From the NCBI GenBank assembly GCA_963727525.1, contig CAVSGO010000003.1, forward strand, positions 224,001 through 288,000: a stretch of DNA of 64,000 nt, given 5' to 3'. Of the stretch, positions 18,991 to 28,852 are shown one piece after another. This DNA is from an uncultured bacterium. Its GTDB lineage: Bacteria > Krumholzibacteriota > Krumholzibacteriia > LZORAL124-64-63. Position 1 is the first letter of the stretch. The number at the start of each line of letters is the position of its first letter. The notes beneath the pieces are model-generated. The model was not told where the DNA came from. It worked only from the letters and a program-made list of their open reading frames with translations, and searched no databases. Both the position numbers and the translations under genes were made by a program.

Positions 18991-20244
18991 GTGCACGACG
19001 ACATCCTGGCCTGGAAGGGGCTGCGGCGCACCGATCCCGACCGCCCGCGCCCTCTCGCCGACGCGGTGCTGCGCCTCATCTGGGAGGAGCGCCGCATCTC
19101 GCGCGCCGACATCGCGCGCCGCGCCGGCCTCTCGCGCTCGACCGTGTCGGAGATCGTGGGCGAGATCCTGCCCACCGGCCTCGTGGCCGAGGTGGGCGAA
19201 GGCCCTTCGCGCGGCGGGCGTCGGCCCGTGGTGCTCGAGTTCCAGGATGACATCTGCGTGATCCTCGGCGTGGAGATGGGGGCGGCCCACGTGGCCGTGG
19301 CCCTCACCGACCTGCGCGGCCGCGTGCTGGCGTGGGAAAGCCAGGACCATTCCGTACGCAACGACCCGCCCGGCACCCGCGCCGTCATCGCCGCGCTGTG
19401 CCGCGCTTGCCTGGCCTGCGAGGTCGCGAAGGGGCGGCCGCTCGTGGGCGTCGGCGTGGCCGTGCCGTGCCCCGTCGACCCGTTCGACCCGGCGGGACTC
19501 TCCACCGTGGTGCTTCCCAGCTGGCGCGGCCGCCTCGATCTCGGCGACCTCGGCCGCGAGCTGGGTGTGCCGGTCCTCGTCGACAACGATGCCAACCTCG
19601 GCGCCCTCGCCGAGCGCTGGTGGGGTCTGGGCGAGGGTGTGGACAATCTCGCTTATATCAAGGTGGCCACAGGCGTGGGTTCGGGGCACATCATCAACGG
19701 CGAGATCTATCGCGGCGCCACCGGCGTGGCAGGTGAGATCGGCCACGTGGCCATCGATCCGCACGGCAAACCCTGCATCTGCGGCCTGCGGGGCTGTCTG
19801 GCCACCTTCGTGGGCGCCGAGGCCCTCGTGGCCCGCGCCGCGGAGCTTCTGAAGGCGCATCCGGAGAGCCCGCTCGCCACGCAGACGATCACCGCGCACG
19901 CCATCGAAGACGCTGCCCTGGTGGGCGACGCCCTCGCGTTGCAGGTGGTGAACGAGGCCGCCGAGCACCTGGGCACCGCCATCGCCGGCCTGTTGAACCT
20001 CTTGAATCCCGCCATGGTCGTGCTGGCTGGCGATTTCTCGCGCCTCGACGAGCTGGTGCTGCGCCCGCTGCGCGCCAGCGTCCGCAGCCGCACCCTCATC
20101 AGCTCCGTGGCCGCCGCCGAGATCGCCATCAGCAAGCTCGGCCCGCGCTCGGTGGCCGTGGGCGCCGCCACCCTGGTGCTGAAAGCGGCACTCGATGATT
20201 CGCGGCTCTTTCCGAGCGTGCCGGCGTCGTCGACGCGCGCCTGA
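18991..20244 (+). CDS. ROK-family transcriptional repressor (NagC/XylR-like)
   Basis: N-terminal wHTH 'SRADIARRAGLSRSTVS', 'GGRRP', 'NDANLGALAE', 'GEIGH...CICGLRGCL'. Confidence 0.93.
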   Translation: MHDDILAWKGLRRTDPDRPRPLADAVLRLIWEERRISRADIARRAGLSRSTVSEIVGEILPTGLVAEVGEGPSRGGRRPVVLEFQDDICVILGVEMGAAHVAVALTDLRGRVLAWESQDHSVRNDPPGTRAVIAALCRACLACEVAKGRPLVGVGVAVPCPVDPFDPAGLSTVVLPSWRGRLDLGDLGRELGVPVLVDNDANLGALAERWWGLGEGVDNLAYIKVATGVGSGHIINGEIYRGATGVAGEIGHVAIDPHGKPCICGLRGCLATFVGAEALVARAAELLKAHPESPLATQTITAHAIEDAALVGDALALQVVNEAAEHLGTAIAGLLNLLNPAMVVLAGDFSRLDELVLRPLRASVRSRTLISSVAAAEIAISKLGPRSVAVGAATLVLKAALDDSRLFPSVPASSTRA

Positions 20245-20266
20245 CCCGCGAGTGCGAGCACGAAGA

Positions 20267-20290
20267 AGGGCGCCCTCGTGAGGGCGCCCT
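20267..20290. terminator. Stem-loop between convergent genes
   Basis: AGGGCGCCCT-CGTG-AGGGCGCCCT. A-rich flank on the left gives a T-rich tail on the minus strand. Confidence 0.65.
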
Positions 20291-20313
20291 GTCCGTATCC
20301 GCGGCCGTCCGGA

Positions 20314-22005
20314 TCAGTCGCCGGGCCAGTTCGCGAGAGGACCGGCCCACGACAGGGTCTGGTCGGTGGTCGAGGCACGATCCGGCTCCACCTCGTGCAC
20401 GTACTCGCGCACCACGCCGGCGCCCGGTGCGTACCAGAGGGTCTGGTCACCCGTCGTCTGCGTCTCGCCGCCGGCGGTCACCACGTAGTGGAGTGTGACC
20501 TTGCGGCAGGCGAGCCAGACGATCGGCGGGCCGGACCCGGCCGGCACCTCCACGTCCTCCGTACCCGCCAGCACCTCGCCGTTGTAGGTCACGGTGGCGT
20601 CTCCTTCGGCCAAGTGCATCGTCGCCGTGCCGTTCCAGGTCCCGGTTGCCACGGGCAGCGGCAGCCACGTCACGGCGGGGTCGAAGGCCACGTCGCTGGG
20701 GTCACCGTCGTTGTCCTCGTGGAAGCCCAGGAACTGGAGCGCCGACGCCGTGAGCTTCATGCTGTCATAGTCGAGGAACGGCGGCAGATCCTTGGCGACG
20801 GTGGTCCAGTTGTTGACCTGCCAGCGCTTGAACGTGCCGTTGCCGGTGTCCTCGTACTTGTAGAGCGTCTCCAGGTTGCCGGCGTCCTTCGCCGGCGTCG
20901 TCTCCTCCCAGGTACCGGTGAAGTATTGCAACCAGCTGTCGGTCACCGGGGAGTACTGAGCCGCGCCAGACACGGTTGCCTGCCAGTCGTAGCCATCGGT
21001 ATTCACGTTGCCGTGCGCGTCGGCGAACGACGAGAATTCGACGCGGAAGATCGCGCCGGGTACGAGAGGCGTGCGCAGCGCCAGCGTGAACACCGTGTTG
21101 TTCTGCGACCACAGGCCCGGATTCTCGAGATCGACGAGCGCGGTCGCGAACTGGCCGCTGATCAGCGTGGCCTCGATCGAATCGGAGTTCATCGGCTCGC
21201 TGAACGTCAACGTGACGTGGGAGCGATCGGTGGACAAGGTGGCGCCGTTCGCCGGATCGACCGACAGGATCTCCGGCGGCGTGGTGTCGGCCGTCGTGCC
21301 CGTGGTGAACGTGAAGCTTGCCTCGGCGGCCAGAGGAGTACCCTGGGTGTTCTGCGCGTCCGTCGTCACGGTGACCGTGATGCTGGTGGACGAAGGCAGG
21401 TCCTCGTCCATCGTCAGCGTCCACTCGTTGCCGTCACCGTTGCCGCCTAGCGTGTAAGGCAGATCGGCCTTGGCCGGCGAGGCGACCGTGATCGCGCCGG
21501 GCAACGTGGCGCCGTTCATCGACTGCGAGAATTGCAACCAGATCGTGCTGTTGATCGGCACGTCTTGCGCACCGTCGGCGGGAGCGCTGGTCAGCAGCAC
21601 CACCTGGGGGGTGAATGTCCAGAAACTCCAGGTGAAGGCGGCGGCGAGCGCATTGCCGGCGACGTCCTTCAGTCCGGTTCCGACCGTCGCCGTGATCTGC
21701 GAGCCTTGCGGCCAGGTCCCGTGCACCGCGAGCGTCTGCGCATCGGACCACTGCATGCTGGATACGGTTCCGGGCGTGACCGTCACGTTTCCCGACGCCG
21801 TGGATGCGTCCATGGACTCGTCGAAGTGGACGACGATGTCGCCGTCGGTCGCTACTCCCGTGTCGTTCTGGGGCGGGGTGACATTGACGATCGTGGGTGG
21901 TGTCGTGTCATGCTCCGGCTCGGTTCCGTTGTCATCCGAGCAGGATGACAGTGCCAGCAGGAGCAGGAAGCTGAGGGCGAGAACACCGTAACGGCGCAGC
22001 AACAT
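20314..22005 (-). CDS. Lipoprotein with three bacterial Ig-like (Big_5/SbsA-type) domains
   Basis: Lipobox LSSC. Repeated 'DTTPPxI..V.P.NG...F.E.M...S...D..GN.L....F.F.T' units. Confidence 0.8.
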   Translation of the reverse strand: MLLRRYGVLALSFLLLLALSSCSDDNGTEPEHDTTPPTIVNVTPPQNDTGVATDGDIVVHFDESMDASTASGNVTVTPGTVSSMQWSDAQTLAVHGTWPQGSQITATVGTGLKDVAGNALAAAFTWSFWTFTPQVVLLTSAPADGAQDVPINSTIWLQFSQSMNGATLPGAITVASPAKADLPYTLGGNGDGNEWTLTMDEDLPSSTSITVTVTTDAQNTQGTPLAAEASFTFTTGTTADTTPPEILSVDPANGATLSTDRSHVTLTFSEPMNSDSIEATLISGQFATALVDLENPGLWSQNNTVFTLALRTPLVPGAIFRVEFSSFADAHGNVNTDGYDWQATVSGAAQYSPVTDSWLQYFTGTWEETTPAKDAGNLETLYKYEDTGNGTFKRWQVNNWTTVAKDLPPFLDYDSMKLTASALQFLGFHEDNDGDPSDVAFDPAVTWLPLPVATGTWNGTATMHLAEGDATVTYNGEVLAGTEDVEVPAGSGPPIVWLACRKVTLHYVVTAGGETQTTGDQTLWYAPGAGVVREYVHEVEPDRASTTDQTLSWAGPLANWPGD

Positions 22006-22216
22006 GGCTTCTCCTTCGTCGGTCCGGACGTCGGTCCGGAATCGGACTCCGTCGTGCTACCAGTGAGATGAATTTTCATTATGCAGGATCCATGCCGGAA
22101 ACCGTGAGGCATCCGGAACCTGGTGTCAACAAGGACCGAGACGGTCGTATCTCCAGAGTACCGATTCCACAGGTCGAGCACGAGACCCGGGAGCAAGAGC
22201 CAGAGATCATCGTCGG

Positions 22217-24364
22217 CTAGTCGGCGGTCTCGCTGGACGGCGCGGCCTGCACCACGACCTCGGTCGCTCCCGCATGCGTGTCGAACCAGGCAGCCGCCTT
22301 CAGGTGTTGCTCGCCGTCGAGCTCGAGGATATTGAACCCCCGCCCGGCGAACGACTCCTCGCGCCCATCGATGGTGATGGATGCCGCGTTGCCCACCGCG
22401 AATCCGGCCGACTCCAGGGCGATCGCACGGCTAGCCACGAACGTGCCGCAGGTGTCGCCCGGCGCGAGGGATCGCGAGACTGCGTTCGCCGTCGAGGTCG
22501 ATTGCCACGCGACCTTGCCGTGGTCCACGATCGCCGCGAGGCTCGCCCGGTAGTTGACGTCGTCGATGGCGATGCCGACGTCGCGCAGCGCTCGCCGGTC
22601 GGCGTCCGTGAGGTGGGCGGTGGCCTCATCGCGGACCGCGACCAGGAGGATCGCATCGTGGCGCGCGTCGAGATAGTCCGCCAGCGACACCTGGCGAGCC
22701 GAGAGATAGCGTGGTGATGCCGCGACAGGCCACCGGCGATCGTAGCACACGAAGTAGCCATCCCAGATGGACGCGACGTATGGCCCGCTGACGCCGGCGA
22801 ACACCGGCGCGAAGGAGGTCCGGTTCGCGATGTAGAGCTGCGTCGTGTCGGCCTCGCCGCGGGTGAAGGCCTGCCGCATCGAATCGGCGAGCGCCTTGGC
22901 CGCGGGCGACATGCGGGCGGTGTAGCCCGCGGTGGTCGGTACGCGATGCTGATCGGCGAGCCAGCAGATGTCCCGGAAGTCGGCGCGGTTCACGGTGGTG
23001 TACGCAAATGGAGGCGCCGTGGTGATCGCCGTGCAGTGTGAGGCTACCGAGTCCCAGTCGGCACTGGCCAGACGCGTCACGCAGCGCAGCTGCGCGAAGG
23101 TCGCGTGCGTGACGATCTGGCGCCGGATGTCCACGACCTGCGCGACGAGGGCGACGCCCAGCGCGGCCGTCACGAGCACCCGCGGGCGACCACGTCCCGC
23201 GACCGCCAGCAGGCCTGCCATCGCGGCATAGGTCACCGGCCAGACGAAGCGGCCCGACGAACGGAAGACACCCGCGAGCTGGGAATAGATCGGCGGCAGG
23301 AGGTATTGCGCCACGACCTTGGTGTTCCAGGTCACCTGGTTGCTCAGCGCAAAGATCCATGTGAGGGCCAGCAGCACGAGCAACGCCCTGTGAGGTCGGA
23401 GCCGCGTTCGCAGGCTCCGGCTCATCGCCAGCGCGACCAGACCGAGGCCCGTCAGCAGGAGCCAGCCGGCTCCGAGGTAGGCGTAGCCCTCGTACTGTCC
23501 GCGCGTGGTGGGCAGCGACCGTACGAGCAGGCTGCGGTTCATGGGGTTGATGAAGCTATTAAGATTGGTCGAGAAGACGCCGAATCCGGTGTCTTGGGCG
23601 CGATCGGCCGACATGCCCACGAAGTTGCCCGCCAGCCACCACACCACGCCGATCGTGCCCACGAGGATCGCTCCCGTCACCAGCCTGGTCCTGACCTGGG
23701 CGATCCCGTCCGTACGCAGCAGGCTGCCGATGGCGAAGATCATCACCATGGCCAGCAGATACGGATGCACGAGCGCCGCCACCACGACGAGGATGAGCCA
23801 TCGCCGGCGCCAGCCGGCCGAGTGACCTCCGAGGTAGACGTCCACCGCCGCCAGGATGATCCAGTGCCCCGAAAGCGCGATGTGCCCCTCGCGAAAGATG
23901 AAGGTGGGTGCCAACAGGACGAGCGCGGCCGCGATGATCCGGGCCGACGATCCCTCGAGGTAGCGCCGCGCGATCCGGTAGCCGAACACGCCCTGCAGCA
24001 CGCTGCTCAGACACAGCCAGAATCCGAAGAACTGGAAGACGCGCGGCAACAGAGGTGCCACGAACTTGGCGGGGTATGCGAACAGGGGCAGCCCGTCGAC
24101 GAGCGGCAACGACGTGCCCAGCGGCCAGAGGTACGACGTGATGTGGCCGAGGGGGAACGACCACGGATCGTGACGGAACGCGTCCCAGGTCAGATAGTAT
24201 GCGGACGGATCGTTGCGAGCCATGAGCCAGTCGATCTGGCCGGGATCGAGCACCGTCGCGCCGAAGCGTACGAAGAAGAGCACCAGACCCAGGGCGACCA
24301 CGATCGCGTACTCGACGCGCTCGCGGCGGTTGTTCGCGACGGGCTGCGAATCTTCCCGTGTCAT
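22217..24364 (-). CDS. Multi-pass membrane glycosyltransferase-like protein (DUF6311-like, GT-C/Gtr-type) with C-terminal ILEI-like lectin domain
   Basis: About 11 TM segments, 'W.FPLG', 'QFFGFW', 'HPYL', 'GQYEGYAYLGAG', 'FRSSGRFVWP'. Divergent from gtrA/gtrB-like genes. Confidence 0.7.
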   Translation of the reverse strand: MTREDSQPVANNRRERVEYAIVVALGLVLFFVRFGATVLDPGQIDWLMARNDPSAYYLTWDAFRHDPWSFPLGHITSYLWPLGTSLPLVDGLPLFAYPAKFVAPLLPRVFQFFGFWLCLSSVLQGVFGYRIARRYLEGSSARIIAAALVLLAPTFIFREGHIALSGHWIILAAVDVYLGGHSAGWRRRWLILVVVAALVHPYLLAMVMIFAIGSLLRTDGIAQVRTRLVTGAILVGTIGVVWWLAGNFVGMSADRAQDTGFGVFSTNLNSFINPMNRSLLVRSLPTTRGQYEGYAYLGAGWLLLTGLGLVALAMSRSLRTRLRPHRALLVLLALTWIFALSNQVTWNTKVVAQYLLPPIYSQLAGVFRSSGRFVWPVTYAAMAGLLAVAGRGRPRVLVTAALGVALVAQVVDIRRQIVTHATFAQLRCVTRLASADWDSVASHCTAITTAPPFAYTTVNRADFRDICWLADQHRVPTTAGYTARMSPAAKALADSMRQAFTRGEADTTQLYIANRTSFAPVFAGVSGPYVASIWDGYFVCYDRRWPVAASPRYLSARQVSLADYLDARHDAILLVAVRDEATAHLTDADRRALRDVGIAIDDVNYRASLAAIVDHGKVAWQSTSTANAVSRSLAPGDTCGTFVASRAIALESAGFAVGNAASITIDGREESFAGRGFNILELDGEQHLKAAAWFDTHAGATEVVVQAAPSSETAD

Positions 24365-24519
24365 GCTGTACCTTCGTTGGTGGCAAGCGAATGCGTGCTC
24401 GCCGAGCATCGCATGGGACGGCGCGGGCCGTCAACACCGAGTCCACGCAACTCGATCTAGCCGTTGACCATGAAGGGCCCCGGCTGCCACAATGCGCGGG
24501 GTCTATCGGAAAGGTCGTC

Positions 24520-24900
24520 GTGACGGGGCGCTCGTGGTCGCAGGTGGTCCGCTTCGGGGTCGTGGGTTGCCTGGCGACGGCGACCCATGTCGCGGTCTTC
24601 TACACGCTGATGCGAGGCTTCGGAATCTCGCCGACCGTGGCCACCACGGTGGCGTTTTGCTGCGCTTTCGGCGTGTCTTACGCCTTGAACCGGTCCTGGA
24701 CCTTTCGCGCGCGGGGCAGCCACGCCCGCCATCTGCCGCGCGTATTGATCATCGCTCTCATGGGGGCGGGATTGAACGCCGGCATCATGGAAGTGGGTGT
24801 CCATCGCCTCGGCTGGACACCGACGACATGCCTGGCGATCATCATCCTCGTGGTGCCGGGGTTCTCGTTCCTGACGCAACGATACTGGGGTTTTCGATGA
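24520..24900 (+). CDS. gtrA: GtrA-family flippase-like membrane protein
   Basis: 'RFGVVG.LAT', 'SYALNRSWTF', four TM helices, terminal 'QRYWGFR'. Start codon uncertain (GTG after GGAAAGG). Confidence 0.85.
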   Translation: MTGRSWSQVVRFGVVGCLATATHVAVFYTLMRGFGISPTVATTVAFCCAFGVSYALNRSWTFRARGSHARHLPRVLIIALMGAGLNAGIMEVGVHRLGWTPTTCLAIIILVVPGFSFLTQRYWGFR

Positions 24901-25637
24901 GCGAGACGCGAGAGCGGCGTACGGGCGACACGGTGACGATCGACGGGGGCTACCAGTACCGCGCGCTCACGTCTGGCAATGCGGTGCAGCGCTTCTGGCA
25001 CGCGGCGAAGCAGCAGGCGATCCTGACCCTCTTGCCGCCGGCCCCGGGCGACAGTGCCCTAGACATCGGCTGCGGCTCCGGCGTGATCAGCGATCTGCTC
25101 GCGCGCGGCGGCGCCGACGTCCTGGCCGTCGATGGCAGTCCCGACGCCATCGCCTTCGCCAGGCGCCAGTTCCCGTCGCCTCGCATCGAGTTCCGGCAAG
25201 GGCTGGTGGACGAACACTTCCAGGTGGATCGGCCCGTGACGAGTGCCTACTGCCTCGAGCTCGTCGAGCACATCCACCTGCCCCAGGTTCGGGCGCTGCT
25301 CGGCCATCTGAAAGCGGTGATGGCGCCCGGAGGACGGCTCTTCCTGACGACACCGAACTACCACAGCGCCTGGCCGATGATCGAGTGGGTCATGGACCGC
25401 ACCGGGGCGGCGCCCGAGCTGGCCGGATCGCAGCACGTGGAGCACTTCCACCCCGCCAAGCTGCGCCGCGTGCTCACCGACGCGGGATTCGTCGTGGACA
25501 CGCTCACCACGATGTGCGGCGGGCCGCCCTGGGTGGCACCGCTGAGCTGGCGCCTGGCCGAGCGCTGGCAAGTCGCGGAGCTGCGGTCCCGGTGGCACCT
25601 CGGCAGCATCCTCGTCGCCGTGGCACGGCTGGCGTGA
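24897..25637 (+). CDS. Class I SAM-dependent methyltransferase
   Basis: ATGA overlap with gtrA. Motifs 'LDIGCGSG', 'ELVEH' and 'PGGRLFLTTPN'. Confidence 0.88.
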   Translation: MSETRERRTGDTVTIDGGYQYRALTSGNAVQRFWHAAKQQAILTLLPPAPGDSALDIGCGSGVISDLLARGGADVLAVDGSPDAIAFARRQFPSPRIEFRQGLVDEHFQVDRPVTSAYCLELVEHIHLPQVRALLGHLKAVMAPGGRLFLTTPNYHSAWPMIEWVMDRTGAAPELAGSQHVEHFHPAKLRRVLTDAGFVVDTLTTMCGGPPWVAPLSWRLAERWQVAELRSRWHLGSILVAVARLA

Positions 25638-25647
25638 AGGAGGGCGC

Positions 25648-26601
25648 GTGCGCAGGCGAACGCCGGATGCACTGATCTCGATCGTCGTGCCTGCTTATGG
25701 CGAAGGTGCCCATCTCGAGGTGTCGCTCCAGCGGATTTCGACGGTCGTGTCCGGCACGGGGCACCCCCACGAGATCGTGGTCGTCGACGACGGCTCGCGC
25801 GACGACACCTGGGATGCCATCGTCCGCGCCTGCGCGGCCGATACCGCGGTGATCGGCATCCGGCTCAGCCGCAACTTCGGCAAGGAGTCGGCGCTGGCCG
25901 CCGGCCTCGCGCATTGCCGGGGCGACGCGGTCATCGTCATCGACGCCGACCTGCAGCATCCCCCCGAGCTCATTCCCGAGATGGTGCGACTCTGGCAGGC
26001 CGACGCAGCCGACGTCATCGAGGCGCAGAAGGCGAGGGCGGCGGGCGAATCGGCGCTCGTGGGCGCGCGCCGCCGTGCTTTCAATGGACTCGTGCGTCGC
26101 CTGTCCGGCTTCGATCTCGACGATGCGAGCGACTTCAAGCTGCTCGACGTGCGGGTGCTCGACGCCTGGCGCAAGCTGGGCGAACGGAGCCTCTTCTTCC
26201 GCGGCATGGTGGCTTGGCTCGGCTTCCGGGTCGTCCGCGTGCCCTTCGACGTGGACCATCGCGCGGCCGGCCAATCGAAGTGGTCGCTCGGCGGCCTCGT
26301 GAATCTGGCGCTCGTGGGCCTGACGGCATTCTCGGCCCTGCCGCTGCGCCTGGCGAGTATCCTGGGCGCGCTGTTCTTCGTCTTCGCCATCGGCGCGAGC
26401 GTGTACACTCTCGCGTTGAGGTTGCTGGGCATCGCGCAGCCGGGCTTCACCACGGTGATCCTCCTGCAGGTCTTCACCAGCAGCCTGATCCTCATCTGCC
26501 TGGGCATCATTGGCGAGTACCTGGCTCGGATCTACGACGAAGTGAAGGCGCGGCCACGCTTCGTCGTGTCCGAAATGGCCGGCGCGCATCGCCCGCGTTG
26601 A
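25648..26601 (+). CDS. gtrB: GT2 polyprenol-phosphate glycosyltransferase (GtrB/YkcC-like)
   Basis: 'VVDDGSRD', 'LSRNFGKE', 'DADLQHPPE', two C-terminal TM helices, 'IIGEYLARIYDEVKARP'. Confidence 0.9.
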   Translation: MRRRTPDALISIVVPAYGEGAHLEVSLQRISTVVSGTGHPHEIVVVDDGSRDDTWDAIVRACAADTAVIGIRLSRNFGKESALAAGLAHCRGDAVIVIDADLQHPPELIPEMVRLWQADAADVIEAQKARAAGESALVGARRRAFNGLVRRLSGFDLDDASDFKLLDVRVLDAWRKLGERSLFFRGMVAWLGFRVVRVPFDVDHRAAGQSKWSLGGLVNLALVGLTAFSALPLRLASILGALFFVFAIGASVYTLALRLLGIAQPGFTTVILLQVFTSSLILICLGIIGEYLARIYDEVKARPRFVVSEMAGAHRPR

Positions 26602-26608
26602 TGGCGCG

Positions 26609-27664
26609 TCACTCGAAGAGCGCCTTCACCGTCGACCAGGTCGCCGCCTGGGCGATCACCGGCACCGCCAGGCCGCTGAACTCGACGACATAGTTGAACT
26701 CGTCGCCCCAGCCACTGGGTGCCGTGAACGTGGTCGGCCCCACCCAGAACCACACGATCTGTCCCGGCGCATAGCCGCCGATCGTCATCGTCGTGCTGTT
26801 CGGCCAGTTGTCGGCGCTCTGCACCACGGCCACTGACGCGCAATCCTGTGGTCCCAGCTCGAAGAGATAGACGGCCCAGGTCGCGTAGGCCTCGATCGCG
26901 ATCGTGCCGGTGTTGCCCATCGTCAGCAGGAACCAGTCGGTGTCGCGATACTGGCCCCCTCCCGCGGACTCGTACCACCCGCTGGTGCCGCAAAAGGAGA
27001 GATGGCCCTCGTCATCGCCCACGAGTTCCTGGAAGGGGTGCGACGGTGGCGTGTTGCATCCCCCGTTGAAGGTGTCGACGTATCCGTCGCCCAGGGGTGG
27101 CTCCCCTTCGAGCACATCGTCGTCCTGGCAGAATGCGTAAGGTCCCGTTTGCCATGAGATCGAAAGCTGATAGTCGCCGAAGCTGCCGCCGTAGCCGTCG
27201 ATGACGATGTAGTAAGTCTCTCCCGCATTCAGGCCCAAATGGTCCAATCGCGACACGAACTGTCCGCAGGGTGGACCGGTGTAGAAGTCGTCGTTGCAGG
27301 CGATCAGGCCCAGGCCCCCGTTGTAGACATAGACCTTGGTATCGAACGCGGAGCCGCAGAGGTCGATCGACACCAACTGCCAATACGGCGACACGTACCG
27401 GTAGACGACGTCTGCTGATGTCGAGCTGGTGTACGGGCACACCTCGTCGTAGTCGTTCACGTAGCCGGCCGTCGTGCCCGAATCGGAGAACGGAATGTCC
27501 GCGATGGTGACGGCATCTAAGATCGTGTCGCCGCCCTGGCGCTCTGCGGGCAGGTTGGGAGGACAGACGACCGGCGCCTTGATCGGGGCTCGGTTGCTCA
27601 GGTCGGCGGCCATCGCGACACCGGCCAGCGCGACCACCAGAATGACCGCGAACCTCGTCTTCAT
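26609..27664 (-). CDS. Secreted protein with PPC-like beta domains and C-terminal WxxVKxLF tail
   Basis: RBS AAGGAAGG, signal peptide, 'DLCGSAFDTKVYV...ACNDD...YYIVIDGYGG', ends 'ATWSTVKALFE'. Confidence 0.8.
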   Translation of the reverse strand: MKTRFAVILVVALAGVAMAADLSNRAPIKAPVVCPPNLPAERQGGDTILDAVTIADIPFSDSGTTAGYVNDYDEVCPYTSSTSADVVYRYVSPYWQLVSIDLCGSAFDTKVYVYNGGLGLIACNDDFYTGPPCGQFVSRLDHLGLNAGETYYIVIDGYGGSFGDYQLSISWQTGPYAFCQDDDVLEGEPPLGDGYVDTFNGGCNTPPSHPFQELVGDDEGHLSFCGTSGWYESAGGGQYRDTDWFLLTMGNTGTIAIEAYATWAVYLFELGPQDCASVAVVQSADNWPNSTTMTIGGYAPGQIVWFWVGPTTFTAPSGWGDEFNYVVEFSGLAVPVIAQAATWSTVKALFE

Positions 27665-28086
27665 GAGCACCTTCCTTTCACTCATACCGAGCCCGGCCGC
27701 GCATGGCCTTCCCTCGACGGGGATTTCCAGGGAGGCCTGTGGTCGGGTGGCCGGGAATGAAAAGACTCTATCACATCGGGGCGGGCGGGTGTCACGATTG
27801 CGGCGTCAGGTGTGAGGAATCCGGATAGTCCAGCCGGCTGGACGGCGTATCGTGTTGCGGCAAAACAAGTCAAGAAATAGACCCACGAATCTCCTGATTC
27901 ATCCGGAAAGGACGTGGTGCCGGCACCGCGCCAGGCCATCGGCGTGTTCATCCAGTCCCACCCGTCGCGAAAAGCACCCCGCACTTCATCGCAGCCATGG
28001 TAGGATCCCGCCGGTGCATGAGCGGCGGCGTCCGTCGCAATCATGTTCGACGGATGAGGTCGCTCATGGTGCGCAGGAGGGATACC

Positions 28087-28779
28087 ATGAGACGTTTCCT
28101 TATCGTTATCGGCACTCTGTCACTCGTGGCCTTCGTGCCCGCGGTCGCCCACGCCGACTGGATGGACGACTTCGAGAGCTACGCGGTCGGTACCTCGCTC
28201 GATGGTGTGGGCGGCTGGTTTGGCTGGGACAACGATCCGGCGGCGACCGCGTACGTCTCGGATCTCTACGCCCACGGTGGTTCGAATTCCGTCGAGATTC
28301 TCCCGACCTCGGACCTCGTGCAGCGGTATTCAGGGTACGCGTCGGGCATGTGGGTCTACACGGCCTGGATGTACATCCCGACGGACTTCACCGGCGAGAC
28401 CTTCTTCATCATGCTCAACACTTACGCCGGGTCGACGGGCTCGAACTGGTCGGTGCAAGTCCACTTCACGGCCGGGCAGGTCATCGGCGACAGCGTCACC
28501 GGCGCCACGCTGCCCTGGATCACGGGCCAGTGGGTGGAGCTGCGCTTGGAGATCGATCTCACCAATGACATGCAGATCTTCTACTACGGCGGCAACGTGC
28601 TCTACTCGGCGAGCTGGACCGAGGGCGTCAGCGGCGGCGGTGTCCCGGTCATCGCGGCCGTCGATCTCTTCGGCAACGGCGCGTCGAACGTATACTACGA
28701 CGACATGTCGCTCATGCCGGCGTCGGTCGCGGTCGAGGGCGCGTCCTGGGGGAACGTAAAATCGCTGTTCCGCGAATGA
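28087..28779 (+). CDS. Secreted beta-sandwich (LamG/ConA-like) protein with WxxVKxLF tail
   Basis: RBS AGGAGG, signal peptide ending AHA, 'DDFESY...YYDD', ends 'ASWGNVKSLFRE'. Confidence 0.8.
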   Translation: MRRFLIVIGTLSLVAFVPAVAHADWMDDFESYAVGTSLDGVGGWFGWDNDPAATAYVSDLYAHGGSNSVEILPTSDLVQRYSGYASGMWVYTAWMYIPTDFTGETFFIMLNTYAGSTGSNWSVQVHFTAGQVIGDSVTGATLPWITGQWVELRLEIDLTNDMQIFYYGGNVLYSASWTEGVSGGGVPVIAAVDLFGNGASNVYYDDMSLMPASVAVEGASWGNVKSLFRE

Positions 28780-28852
28780 GCTGACATGAAGTCAGTCGAG
28801 GGCCGCTCCATCGAAAGGAGCGGCCCTGGCCACAACGTCTCCCGACCATACC

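Noticed and set aside
20314-28779. Prophage or mobile element carrying the gtr genes
   Set aside because: No integrase, transposase, phage genes or flanking direct repeats were seen.
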